64,000 bases of DNA, taken from the sequence record MW021758.1; one strand, given 5' to 3'. The position numbers were made by a program, and so were the translations under genes. The notes beneath the pieces are model-generated. The model saw only the letters and a list, made by a program, of their open reading frames with translations. It searched no databases and was not told the origin of the DNA. This document shows positions 36,947-46,176 of this stretch, in pieces (positions within the stretch are counted from its first letter, which is position 1; every line of letters starts with the position of its first letter).

Positions 36947-36970
36947 GGAGGAGAGCCGAAGCTCTCCTCC
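36947..36970 (-). terminator. terminator with cUUCGg loop
   Basis: 10-bp stem ggaggagagc/gctctcctcc plus T7 tract. Confidence 0.85.
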
Positions 36971-37037
36971 CAATATGGATTAACCATCAGAACTCAAAAA
37001 CGTTTACGAAGCATCGATGTTACAGACGCTCATATAA

Positions 37038-39104
37038 TCACTGTTGAGCTCGTTGGCTCGAGGTGTAGATGAACTTGTACGGATCACTCAATCCATACTG
37101 GCCCATCTTACCTACCGGGGTATCGTACAGGTAGATGTTACCGTTACCGATAGACGCTAAGGTAAATGCACCATCGCGCTGAGTCAGTTTAGACGAGAAC
37201 ACCAACGTCATCGCCCGACCGTAACGACTCGTATCCGGGTGACCTGAAGTAATCAGTGCACCGTTCAATACATCGTTAATCGTACTTTGACCCACAGTCA
37301 ACGAGTAGTTGGCTGTTGCGGTATTTGTACCATAATCCAGGATAGGGCGACCGAAGCAGTTGGAGTAGACGTTCTTACAACGTGTACCGACTGTACCGGC
37401 GATAGCTAGCGTCGTTGAGCCCATGAATGGATCGATAGTACCATTCCACTCAAAGGTGTTACTTGACTCACTGAAGCGGGACTTGATGCCCAGACCAGGA
37501 GACTGACGATCCAGATCGTAGTAGGTTGCGTTACTGGCGTTAGCCGTGAACTTACAACCTTCAGTCTGAACAGTCGAACCGTAACCACTTAAACCGCGAC
37601 CCGCTGAGTTTTTAAACTCGCAGTTCACTGCGTAGAAGTTAGGAACTTTGTCAACACTGGTCGCTTCAACTACTACGCCGTTGATACTATCGACGATGAT
37701 CAGGTTCTCCAGGTAAACCTGTGAGTTACCTTTTACACTGATCACTGGGTTGGCTGAGATAACAACCAACTTATTATCCGGTGCACGATCATCCAACGTA
37801 TGGACGTAGACCTTCCCTTCTTCGAGGTAGTAGCTACCTTTAGTTGTGGCTGCAGCACTAATGGATGCTACGGCAGTCAACTGAGTAGCACGGCCAGACG
37901 TACCAGCTGCGATGTAGTCAGCAACACCGCCCACTTTATCAGTCAGGGTTGCAACGTATACATTGTCTTGCCCTGGTGACTTAGTCCACGCACTTACCTT
38001 ACATGCACCGCTCAGGGTGACCTTGTTCGTACCGGAAGTAACGATATCCAGTGAACGGTCTTCGATTGGTGCACTTGGGCCTTCTCCGCTCTTGAACGAA
38101 GAACCGTCTTTGATGACGATAGTCCGTGCCAGCGGGGTACGAGTGATCGCTGCGTTGAAGCTCTTGTACGGGGACTGTTCGGTACCCTGGCCGTTCAGGT
38201 CATTACCGTTTACAGAGTCGACGTAGTAGACAACACCAGAACGTGCCCGTTTAACTTTAATCGAATAGTTCGGATTGAAGTCTGGGCCGTTATCGTCGAA
38301 CGTCGCTTTGATCTGTGCCAGGTTCCCGATTGTTTCGAAGATCGGTGGTAACTGAGGAGAGATACGAAGCAACTTACCATTACGGTCGTAGCTAGTCTCA
38401 TCGCTCGGGCCAACAACTTCTAACAGGGAACCCTCACGGAAGCGAACCTTCACCGGACTCTGGGTAGGTAATGTCATTACTTCGTTGAACTTACCGTCAG
38501 CCCCCAGAGAAAGAGCCATGGCGCTCGTAGCCGGGAGATAATCGATAGCGTTACCGATGACAACCTTTTTGTCTACGCGTCGGTTAGAGCCAGAGATACG
38601 CAGAGTTTTGCCGTCACTGGAATACTCCGTACTTACGTTACGAATCCACTTACGAATGGATGCGGTGTCAGAGAAGTAAACCGTCAACTGACCTTTGATG
38701 ATAAGTGCGTTAGGCGCAGCACGAACCGTCACCATTGCCACAGTACTGCTCAGCAACACCGGAGTTACTGGTTCAACGATGATGTCGGTATCATCTAACT
38801 GAGTACCGTATTCTTCGTTGATACGTTTGATCAAGTCAGACGTAGTCAGAATATTACCTGCGGCAGTAAAGATGAGCGGTACGGAGAAGATACCCGAGAA
38901 CTCTACTTTGTTGTACTCGATAACCTTGGAGTCACGATAAGGCGAATCCTCCAAGGCGACCATGGTGACTTTCGTATCGTAGTCGGGGTGATCGTTAGCG
39001 GTTGGTCCGATGAAGTATACGTCATTAGGAGAAATGAACGTACCTTTGTCCTGGTTAATTACGCTAACTAACAGAACCTTACTTTGTTGGGAGTAATTAC
39101 TCAT
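37038..39104 (-). CDS. tail fibre/RBP with phiKZ-type virion N-terminal domain and beta-helix-like body
   Basis: N-terminus (LVSVIN..YDTKVTM..Y.K..L...IN..YG..L...DI) recalled as a phiKZ-type tail-protein domain; YYVDSVNGND..G....PYKS motif. Confidence 0.7.
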   Translation of the reverse strand: MSNYSQQSKVLLVSVINQDKGTFISPNDVYFIGPTANDHPDYDTKVTMVALEDSPYRDSKVIEYNKVEFSGIFSVPLIFTAAGNILTTSDLIKRINEEYGTQLDDTDIIVEPVTPVLLSSTVAMVTVRAAPNALIIKGQLTVYFSDTASIRKWIRNVSTEYSSDGKTLRISGSNRRVDKKVVIGNAIDYLPATSAMALSLGADGKFNEVMTLPTQSPVKVRFREGSLLEVVGPSDETSYDRNGKLLRISPQLPPIFETIGNLAQIKATFDDNGPDFNPNYSIKVKRARSGVVYYVDSVNGNDLNGQGTEQSPYKSFNAAITRTPLARTIVIKDGSSFKSGEGPSAPIEDRSLDIVTSGTNKVTLSGACKVSAWTKSPGQDNVYVATLTDKVGGVADYIAAGTSGRATQLTAVASISAAATTKGSYYLEEGKVYVHTLDDRAPDNKLVVISANPVISVKGNSQVYLENLIIVDSINGVVVEATSVDKVPNFYAVNCEFKNSAGRGLSGYGSTVQTEGCKFTANASNATYYDLDRQSPGLGIKSRFSESSNTFEWNGTIDPFMGSTTLAIAGTVGTRCKNVYSNCFGRPILDYGTNTATANYSLTVGQSTINDVLNGALITSGHPDTSRYGRAMTLVFSSKLTQRDGAFTLASIGNGNIYLYDTPVGKMGQYGLSDPYKFIYTSSQRAQQ

Positions 39105-39114
39105 ATTGGTTCAC

Positions 39115-41166
39115 TTACCCTTTCTTAGTGTAAATAAAACGATACGGCGTTTCGCGCTGGTAGCAGGGACGTGCACCTACTAACGTGTTGTGCAAGAACG
39201 CTTGACCTTTGCCTTTCGGATAGATAGACAAAGCGCTGCTGTCCATAGTGCAGCTCCAGTAATGTGCAACTGCTGCACGCACTGAGTTCAGGCCGTTAGT
39301 GTACGCGGCCGCATCTGGGTTATTCCACCGAGATTTAAACGTAGTCAAACTCAGGTTGAGCGAGTAGGTATTGTCACCGGTGTCCTGAACGAAGTTACCT
39401 TCGCAATCAGAATAGCTACCGCCAATACGCATGATAGTTACGTTACCGGAGATACCTGAACCTACGCCCTGACCAGTGCCGTCGAAACCGCACTGCTTAA
39501 CAACTGCGCCGATTTCAACAACCCAAGGTTTGATACCCATGGTTGGAGTTACGCGGTCTGAGTTATAACGGAAACCGCCGCGCTGACACCACTGAGCAGT
39601 ACAGCCCTGAGTAACAACGTTAGTACCCCAGCTGTTAAGGCCGGCATCAGTCCAGCTCCAGCCGAAGTCGCAGTTCTTAGCGTACAGATACCCGACTACT
39701 TTAGCCTGAGTGATTTCAGTCTGGAAGCCACGGTAAGTGTACTGGAACTGAAGGTTTTCCATGTAAACAGTAGACCCGTTCTCGGTACGACCAGAGTTAC
39801 TTGCCATGATACCCAGAACTTTGTCATCTGGTTGACGATCGTCAAACAAGTGAACGTAAGTACGACCAGACACGTTGTCGAAGTAATAGGTAGACTGGTT
39901 GATACGGCAGTCGTCCAGCGTCTTAGCAGCGGTCATACGGACTGGGCCAGCGGCCAGCGTTACGTTGTTCATGTCAACGAAGGCAGCCAAACGGATACGG
40001 TCGGTATACCACATGGACTCACTTTGCTGTTTCCAGGTGAGGTCGTTTACGGTCGCCGTGAAGATAGGCTTTTTAGGGCCGAAGCCGATGACGTCCAGAG
40101 AACGGTTATTAACTGAACTCGTCCAGCCGTTGTTGGCATCGTAATAAACATCCGTCCCTTTGACCATGATGATACGGGCAGCAGGTGTTGCCATCAATGC
40201 ACGGTTAAACGACTTGAATGCTTTACCCTCCGACTGACCATCATTCTGATCGTTACCTGCTACGTTATCAACGTAGTAAGTCAAACCAGAAGTTGCCTTG
40301 CGCTTACCTACGTCGTAGTCAGTGCTGTAGGTAATGTTCCCATTACTGTACGATTTGAGGATACGTACATCTTCGTGGATGTTGTCCATGAAGGAAGGGA
40401 GATCCGGCATGATATCCAGAAGAATACCGTTTTCATCGTAGCTTGTTTCGCCACGGTTACCAACGATCTCTTTCATCACGCCGTTATTGAAGTGCGCAAC
40501 CAACGTACCGTTTACCGGGTAGCTTTCGAAAGCACGGTATTGGCGGTCAGTATCGATGCTCACGGCTTTGATCCGGCTATTGAGAGTAATAGTCTGAATC
40601 GGGCCAGCGAATCGGATATCGGTATCAGGGAAGTTATAGCTGTTACCCATGAAGGTAACTGCGCCGAAGTCACGAGAGAACTGATAATGAGGACGTTCAA
40701 ACCAATCGGCTACCAGAGCGCTATCACCCAGATAGATGTCAGTCTTACCGATGTAACCGTAACTGTTCGGGTTAGCTTCGATCTGAACGTGACGAATACC
40801 AGTCGCTACATCGTCAGGACGATACGGGCCATCAACGATATCTGCAGCGGTCAGACCGAGGCGATACTTAGCGTTGATAGAAGGAAGTAAACCAGCCAGG
40901 CGAGAAGGTGCTTGGTTCTCTAAGGCGGCGTAAGGACGTTCCAGCAAATGGTTCAGATGGAGACGGGAATAATAAGTAGTTACCGGAATGTCATTGCTAT
41001 CACCTGCGTTAGGCGAAGCAGTAACTTCCGTATTCAGACCGTTCAACACGAAGTTGTTTACAACCGGCCCTGACAACGCGATAGTTTTATCGGTAAAGTT
41101 AGTTCCGTTAGCTTCATTGATGAGGTCAATCGCAATGAGTTTAGCGTCTTTGGTTAAGTCAACCAT
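39115..41166 (-). CDS. tail fibre/RBP, paralog of 37038..39104
   Basis: same N-terminal domain; shared ETSYDxNG.LL.I.P.LP and YYVDNVAGND motifs. Confidence 0.7.
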   Translation of the reverse strand: MVDLTKDAKLIAIDLINEANGTNFTDKTIALSGPVVNNFVLNGLNTEVTASPNAGDSNDIPVTTYYSRLHLNHLLERPYAALENQAPSRLAGLLPSINAKYRLGLTAADIVDGPYRPDDVATGIRHVQIEANPNSYGYIGKTDIYLGDSALVADWFERPHYQFSRDFGAVTFMGNSYNFPDTDIRFAGPIQTITLNSRIKAVSIDTDRQYRAFESYPVNGTLVAHFNNGVMKEIVGNRGETSYDENGILLDIMPDLPSFMDNIHEDVRILKSYSNGNITYSTDYDVGKRKATSGLTYYVDNVAGNDQNDGQSEGKAFKSFNRALMATPAARIIMVKGTDVYYDANNGWTSSVNNRSLDVIGFGPKKPIFTATVNDLTWKQQSESMWYTDRIRLAAFVDMNNVTLAAGPVRMTAAKTLDDCRINQSTYYFDNVSGRTYVHLFDDRQPDDKVLGIMASNSGRTENGSTVYMENLQFQYTYRGFQTEITQAKVVGYLYAKNCDFGWSWTDAGLNSWGTNVVTQGCTAQWCQRGGFRYNSDRVTPTMGIKPWVVEIGAVVKQCGFDGTGQGVGSGISGNVTIMRIGGSYSDCEGNFVQDTGDNTYSLNLSLTTFKSRWNNPDAAAYTNGLNSVRAAVAHYWSCTMDSSALSIYPKGKGQAFLHNTLVGARPCYQRETPYRFIYTKKG

Positions 41167-41216
41167 GGCAAGTTTCCTTCTCCTGTAACATGCTCAGGAA
41201 TGGGGTTTTATAAGGT

Positions 41217-41227
41217 GTCATAGTAAG
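41217..41227 (-). promoter_or_regulatory. putative late promoter (TATG)
   Basis: CTTACTATGAC about 50 nt upstream of the 41166 start. Confidence 0.4.
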
Positions 41228-41265
41228 CGAGCTAGTGTCAAAAAATAAAAGGCAGGTACAAATAA

Positions 41266-41303
41266 CTAGAGCGGAGTGCCCATAAAGGACACTTCCGCTC
41301 TAG
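41266..41303 (-). terminator. Rho-independent terminator
   Basis: ctagagcgga...tccgctctag stem. Confidence 0.6.
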
Positions 41304-41306
41304 CAC

Positions 41307-41627
41307 TCACTTGACGAAACGATTATAAACTGCACGAATATCATCTTCCGTGAAGAACATGTATATCGGCGTATCTTGTTCTACTTTGAACATGATCCGA
41401 TATTTGTCTTCGTAAAACTTACCGTAGACTTTAACGTAGCGGCCATCGACCACATCGGCGCCAGCGCCACCCGATAATCCCATCTCACGGTGCATTAAAG
41501 TACAAAGTGTATCAAAGTCGTAAGGGATGACTTTAATGTACACATGGTAGATTGCTGTCTCAAGATTACGCTGCCATCTTTCAAACAGCTTCGCCATCGC
41601 TTGGTCAGTAGTTTCCGGCTTTGTCAT
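41307..41627 (-). CDS. hypothetical protein
   Basis: ORF track. Confidence 0.65.
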   Translation of the reverse strand: MTKPETTDQAMAKLFERWQRNLETAIYHVYIKVIPYDFDTLCTLMHREMGLSGGAGADVVDGRYVKVYGKFYEDKYRIMFKVEQDTPIYMFFTEDDIRAVYNRFVK

Positions 41628-41838
41628 GGGCGTGTTCCATTTTAGTTGGTTTTACTTGCATACCAACCGCAACGATCAACGCGCCCATCCAGATAAAGAC
41701 CATAATAGCGCAGGCCACGTTACCGAAAATATACCAGGCACTAACCTGATGGAACGCGTCGTAGATACAGTAACCTACAACTGCCCAGCCGATTACCAAA
41801 ATGATTGCTGCAATGATGTAAAATGCTTTACGGGTCAT
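41605..41838 (-). CDS. two-TM membrane protein
   Basis: two hydrophobic helices. Confidence 0.7.
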   Translation of the reverse strand: MTRKAFYIIAAIILVIGWAVVGYCIYDAFHQVSAWYIFGNVACAIMVFIWMGALIVAVGMQVKPTKMEHAHDKAGNY

Positions 41839-41850
41839 CTTTTTGATTCC

Positions 41851-42012
41851 TCAATAAATAAGCTTTGTACGCCTTTCTAAGCGCGCAATTGTTTTAGATG
41901 ACATCTTGTCCATGTCATCCGGGTTGAGTGCAACAGAGTCCTTTATAGGCGCGCTTGGCGTTGCGTTTAACTTCTTACTTTCGATCCTTTTTATTCTACT
42001 CTTACTGGCCAT
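41851..42012 (-). CDS. 53-aa basic peptide
   Basis: manual translation MASKSRIKRIESKKLNATPSAPIKDSVALNPDDMDKMSSKTIARLERRTKLIY; GAGG RBS; stop abuts the next RBS. Confidence 0.6.
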   Translation of the reverse strand: MASKSRIKRIESKKLNATPSAPIKDSVALNPDDMDKMSSKTIARLERRTKLIY

Positions 42013-42042
42013 TAGGTACCTCTCAATAATGATGTCAGGTTC

Positions 42043-42080
42043 AATTCATAATGAGAATGTAATCTCATATCTTATGAATT
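42043..42080. promoter_or_regulatory. imperfect palindrome carrying divergent TATG elements
   Basis: AATTCATAA...TTATGAATT outer and TGAGA/TCTCA inner arms between divergent genes. Confidence 0.5.
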
Positions 42081-42114
42081 ACCCAAAATTAAAATTTCCA
42101 TTAAGGTCAGATCA

Positions 42115-42318
42115 ATGAATCAGTTAGTAGTAGAAACTGCACGTAAAATTGAAAACATTACTCCGTCCAAAACTAGCCGTGAACTTACGGTTCTCCATTT
42201 CGAAGGTGGCTCTAAAGAGTCATTTATGAAATGGTTCATGGAAAAACATCAGCCTAAGGTTGGTGACTTCTTGGTTAAGGATACCCAAGGTTTTACTCAG
42301 GTAGTCAATAGCCTCTAA
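42115..42318 (+). CDS. small hypothetical protein; only plus-strand gene
   Basis: AAGG RBS, followed by a hairpin; W..KH.P.VG..LV..DG motif recalled from small phage proteins. Confidence 0.6.
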   Translation: MNQLVVETARKIENITPSKTSRELTVLHFEGGSKESFMKWFMEKHQPKVGDFLVKDTQGFTQVVNSL

Positions 42319-42329
42319 GTCGACATAAA

Positions 42330-42353
42330 GGAGAGTAGCCGCGGCTACTCTCC
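42330..42353. terminator. hairpin between convergent genes
   Basis: ggagagtagcc-gc-ggctactctcc. Confidence 0.65.
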
Positions 42354-42361
42354 CTATGCTG

Positions 42362-42568
42362 TTACATCGGTACAAATTCTTCTTGTACCCAACCGAAAGG
42401 TACAACATGAGACAACACGCCTTTCAGCTGTTCCTCATGCGTCAAGTCTTCCCATGGAGGTGTGCGGTCGCTGAGCAATTCAATCGCTTCCAGCGCCAGT
42501 GGCAGATTCTCGTCAGGCACTAAAGAAAGCGCCTCATGGATAGACTCAACAAAAATAGAACGTCCCAT
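42362..42568 (-). CDS. hypothetical protein
   Basis: ORF track. Confidence 0.6.
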   Translation of the reverse strand: MGRSIFVESIHEALSLVPDENLPLALEAIELLSDRTPPWEDLTHEEQLKGVLSHVVPFGWVQEEFVPM

Positions 42569-42632
42569 AGTCTATTAGCTCCCTAAGCTACAACGGATAT
42601 AATGTCCATAGTAACCAAGGGAGCGTAAGACT

Positions 42633-43214
42633 TTAGAACACGGTGATCATATCGTTCTTAGCGTCGTAGCGTGCGTTTACCATGGTAACGTCACCATCGG
42701 TTTTGTACACGTTAATGACCCAGGTGTATTTGCCTGGTTTGCTGTCGAACTCAGCGTGATCGCATTTAACGCCTTCCAGGAAGAATGACTCAGTTTGTTC
42801 GTTGATGATTTCACAAGTGCGGGTTGCAATTGCTTCGTCTTCGTTAGGCTCAGTGGCCAGGCCCAGAACCATCAATACTGCCAGAACACCGACAACATAA
42901 CCGATGATGCCTTTGAAGTTATGGAAGCCGCCGTTACGGGTACGGATAACACGAACGATACCCCAGCCGATAGGAGAGAGCAGCATATTCAGCCAGACGG
43001 TAGTTGGTTTGTAACCGGCAGCTTTTACTTCTTCGTTATCGCAATGCGCCAGGTTAACGTTGACGACCATGAGAACAACCCAAGCGATCAGGTTGACGGT
43101 ATCGTTTTCGGATATGCCAACGATGGTTGCGAAGACAGCGAAGGCTGCAACGGTGTAGTAGAAGAAGCGGTTAGAAACAGTTTTGTTGTTTGGAGTATTG
43201 ATGATAGTAGACAT
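42633..43214 (-). CDS. multi-TM membrane protein with C-terminal periplasmic domain
   Basis: four hydrophobic segments, then a Cys pair. Confidence 0.7.
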   Translation of the reverse strand: MSTIINTPNNKTVSNRFFYYTVAAFAVFATIVGISENDTVNLIAWVVLMVVNVNLAHCDNEEVKAAGYKPTTVWLNMLLSPIGWGIVRVIRTRNGGFHNFKGIIGYVVGVLAVLMVLGLATEPNEDEAIATRTCEIINEQTESFFLEGVKCDHAEFDSKPGKYTWVINVYKTDGDVTMVNARYDAKNDMITVF

Positions 43215-43269
43215 TTTTAATTCCTTGTTAATTGAGTTTGGTTTAGAGAGTTTAACTGGTTATTAACGA

Positions 43270-43626
43270 TTAATCTTCGCGAACTTTAACGCCCACAAAA
43301 CCTGTGACTGTTCCGGCTGCCGTTTTTCGCGATAAGGCCTTTTCTTCTTCCTCTTTGACTAAAGCGTCAAAGTTAGCTTTGTCGTCAATCTTTACCCGAT
43401 ACTCTTCATCAGACAAGCTTTCTGCTTCGTAGAGGTAAGATTTAACGAAACGCTCCAAGTAGGTATCTGGTTCAACTGTACTAAGTTGGAGCTTGAGTTC
43501 TTCGATACGTTCGGCTCGCGTATGCGGATACGGGAGTTTGGTGCCAGCTTCCCGTTGGGCCTCTAATACTACTGGATGGTGTTTGGAACTGTAATAAGCT
43601 TGCGAATGACGGATATTGTTGCTCAT
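43270..43626 (-). CDS. KLPYPHTR-motif protein A
   Basis: start moved to MSNNI (AGGAG RBS); paralog of 43661..43915. Confidence 0.7.
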   Translation of the reverse strand: MSNNIRHSQAYYSSKHHPVVLEAQREAGTKLPYPHTRAERIEELKLQLSTVEPDTYLERFVKSYLYEAESLSDEEYRVKIDDKANFDALVKEEEEKALSRKTAAGTVTGFVGVKVRED

Positions 43627-43660
43627 GGTATTCTCCTGAAAGGTTTTAGGAATTGGTTTA

Positions 43661-43915
43661 TTAATGCGAGAGGTATTTGTGTTCGTACTCGATCCTGCTC
43701 TGGTACTGCTCATCGGTAATCGCCAATAAATCGAATATTTTACAACCGATGAACTGCCTCAGAGTATAATCGTTCCCAGCTTCATCTGCCATAGCTCGAA
43801 GTTCATGGTATCGCTCTATACGAGTATGGGGGTAAGGAAGTTTGGTTTTTATTTTACCGGGTGCTTCCCAGATAGTCGTTTTCTGATTAGGTCTGGGATG
43901 GTTTTTAAGATCCAT
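43661..43915 (-). CDS. KLPYPHTR-motif protein B
   Basis: AGGAG RBS; shares KLPYPHTR.ER..EL...DE.Y. Confidence 0.7.
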   Translation of the reverse strand: MDLKNHPRPNQKTTIWEAPGKIKTKLPYPHTRIERYHELRAMADEAGNDYTLRQFIGCKIFDLLAITDEQYQSRIEYEHKYLSH

Positions 43916-43923
43916 GACATCTC

Positions 43924-44127
43924 CTATTTGGATTCTGTCAGTTTACGATAAGTGCACTGGAAGCAAATCTCGTTACCGGTCAAAGGCACAGTGGCGAGAC
44001 GGTCGTGAACCTCGCCACAATGGGCGCAGTTACATTTAATTGTGCGACTGATATCAATGCCGCGTTTAAGATAAGTATTAGCCAGCATGTTGTAGGCGTC
44101 GTTAAATGACATAGCTTGAGTTTGCAA
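43924..44127 (-). CDS. small zinc-finger-like protein
   Basis: CAHC...CFQC; AAGGAG RBS before TTG. Confidence 0.6.
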   Translation of the reverse strand: MQTQAMSFNDAYNMLANTYLKRGIDISRTIKCNCAHCGEVHDRLATVPLTGNEICFQCTYRKLTESK

Positions 44128-44158
44128 GTGTTGCTCCTTTTTATTAAAATGGAAAATA

Positions 44159-44184
44159 GAGCAGGGGAAATTAATCCCCTGCTC
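44159..44184 (-). terminator. hairpin/terminator
   Basis: gagcagggga-aattaa-tcccctgctc. Confidence 0.65.
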
Positions 44185-44269
44185 GTATAATGTTTTGGTC
44201 TAGCTTTTTCCGGAAGGTTGACCTAACACTGTTAAGTTAAAGTGAATGAATATGGTTGTCTTATTTCCT

Positions 44270-44289
44270 TATTCACACGGGGTATATAG
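44270..44289 (-). promoter_or_regulatory. early-type promoter (variant)
   Basis: minus CTATATACC-N6-GAATA; same spacing as the consensus copies. Confidence 0.5.
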
Positions 44290-44317
44290 ATCTCAAATTA
44301 TTTGGAAATGGCCAAAA

Positions 44318-46135
44318 CTACATTGAGCTGTTAAAGTAGTTGTGGTAAAGGTTCCGGATACTTACCCCGTTAGGTGTTCCATCGGAAGCTGCTTCAAACT
44401 GAGACATGTTAATCCTGAACTCCATGTGAGTAGCCCAACGTGGTTTAATCGGCCAACGGAAAGTATAGGCCGAAGTAGAGACTGCTGGCTGGAAGTCGGG
44501 GTTCTGTGTCAGAGTTTGCTGACCAAGCATTGTCGCCTGAACTCGCTTCACTACTCGGTAGCCACGAGTGTCACCTTCCACTCGAGTCCAGAACCACGTA
44601 ACGAATGCGTTGAAGTTGGCAGGAGTATGTTTCACTTTATAATCGAAGTTAATTACCGGTACTTCTAAATCCTTTACTGGGAAGAGCATACCCGGCTGTT
44701 CATTCGACTTAGCTAATGCTACGAAAGTAACAGTACCATCTCCGTTAGCTACAACTTGACGACTAGGCGATTTCAAACGAGTACGTGAGGGATCAGTGCC
44801 ATCGAATTCACCCACTGTCCAGAAATCGGGTAAGGTTACATCGTTCATGGTTGGGTCGATCAGTAATGAGGCTTCCGTACGTTTGGACGTAATGTTAGCG
44901 GGTACGTTAGGTGTATTCCCGTTACCATTAGTCTTGACCTTCATCTCGAAATCACGAGAACCCCATGCCTTACTAAACCGCGCACCGTAAACGTAAGTAT
45001 CGAGGATCGCCGCTGCTGCGCCAGAGCTACCAAAGTTAAACCAGTAGTCATGCACCGTAGCCGCATTATCGTTAAGTAAGATAATACCGTCGCGAATAAC
45101 TACGTAAGTGGAATCTCCGCCTAAACGGAATACCGAGTTACCGGAGTTAGGTCGGTTGGCATTACCCCATTCAAAGTGACAGCTATTGAAGTTGATTTGA
45201 CCAGATACCCGGAATAATGGAACCGCAGCATCATTCTCCCCGCTATAGTCGAAACTACAGTTATGGAAGTAGAAACCACCACCCGTATCCATATCCATGA
45301 ATCGGTACATATCTCCGAATACGCAGTTATGGTAGTTCATGTTTTCGCCGAAGTTACTGGCGTTAGCTTTGGTGTGGATTGCAACACCACCACCGAAACG
45401 ACACCCGGTCCAGCTATACATGTACGCATTCGAACCGTAAGAAACGGTACGGTCAAATCCAGTGATTGTCACGTTCTCGAAGTTTACCCCTGCAATGTTA
45501 CCGCGAGCAAAGGAACAATCGAACCCTACGTTAGTTCCCTTAGCTACCCCGCCTGCTCCTGCAAAGATACCGCCCCGGAAATAGGTACGTGGGGAAACGA
45601 TGACGCGTTTAGGTCCGACATCTTTAGATGCAGAGAACTGCACTGCAACGGCTGGGTTAGTCGTCCAGATGAATTTACAATCTTCGAAGTTATAGTCGGC
45701 GTAAGTAACGTCGATGTTCAACGTAGAAGCCAACTTGTAGGTTGGGCCGGTTGCTCTGACCAATACAGGGTAGTCTAAGTTTAATTTAACCAGACAAGCC
45801 TGTAGACGAGTCATAGCGAACGCGAAGTCTGTATCTGGGGAAGTGATCCACCAATCAACAAAGAACTCGTTAGGTTCGTGCTGACGAATCAGAACACCAG
45901 TACCTGCTCCCGGTTTAATAAAGTAACCGCCGTCATCTGGATAATCGGCGATGTTGAGATCTGCGTAGTAACGGAACACGCCACCTTTTTGGTTACGCGC
46001 TGTACCGTTATCGATCGGAGCACCGACCATTTCAAATAACTGACCATCTGCTTGAGGTACAACTGCACGTAATGCAGTGACATTCTCTACAGGGTAAGTC
46101 CTGGTGTTCTCTGCCCCAATGCCAATGATTGCCAT
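44318..46135 (-). CDS. anchorless tailspike/putative depolymerase
   Basis: starts directly with the tailspike head motif (VENVTALR..GG.F..DDGG); parallel beta-helix-type repeats. Confidence 0.75.
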   Translation of the reverse strand: MAIIGIGAENTRTYPVENVTALRAVVPQADGQLFEMVGAPIDNGTARNQKGGVFRYYADLNIADYPDDGGYFIKPGAGTGVLIRQHEPNEFFVDWWITSPDTDFAFAMTRLQACLVKLNLDYPVLVRATGPTYKLASTLNIDVTYADYNFEDCKFIWTTNPAVAVQFSASKDVGPKRVIVSPRTYFRGGIFAGAGGVAKGTNVGFDCSFARGNIAGVNFENVTITGFDRTVSYGSNAYMYSWTGCRFGGGVAIHTKANASNFGENMNYHNCVFGDMYRFMDMDTGGGFYFHNCSFDYSGENDAAVPLFRVSGQINFNSCHFEWGNANRPNSGNSVFRLGGDSTYVVIRDGIILLNDNAATVHDYWFNFGSSGAAAAILDTYVYGARFSKAWGSRDFEMKVKTNGNGNTPNVPANITSKRTEASLLIDPTMNDVTLPDFWTVGEFDGTDPSRTRLKSPSRQVVANGDGTVTFVALAKSNEQPGMLFPVKDLEVPVINFDYKVKHTPANFNAFVTWFWTRVEGDTRGYRVVKRVQATMLGQQTLTQNPDFQPAVSTSAYTFRWPIKPRWATHMEFRINMSQFEAASDGTPNGVSIRNLYHNYFNSSM

Positions 46136-46165
46136 GTGTTTAGTCCTATTTTAAGGCTGTAGATA

Positions 46166-46176
46166 TTCATAGGAAT
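46166..46176 (-). promoter_or_regulatory. late promoter (TATG)
   Basis: ATTCCTATGAA directly after a terminator. Confidence 0.6.

Noticed and set aside
36881-36973. N-terminal extensions given by the ORF track (also 2510..2551, 14773..14886, 48716..48763, 57129..57173)
   Set aside because: They cross terminators or promoter motifs; downstream starts have better RBS or align with paralogs.
41906-42118. plus-strand 70-aa ORF from the track
   Set aside because: A minus-strand ORF 41851..42012 has a better RBS and coupling; the plus ORF runs across the promoter palindrome.
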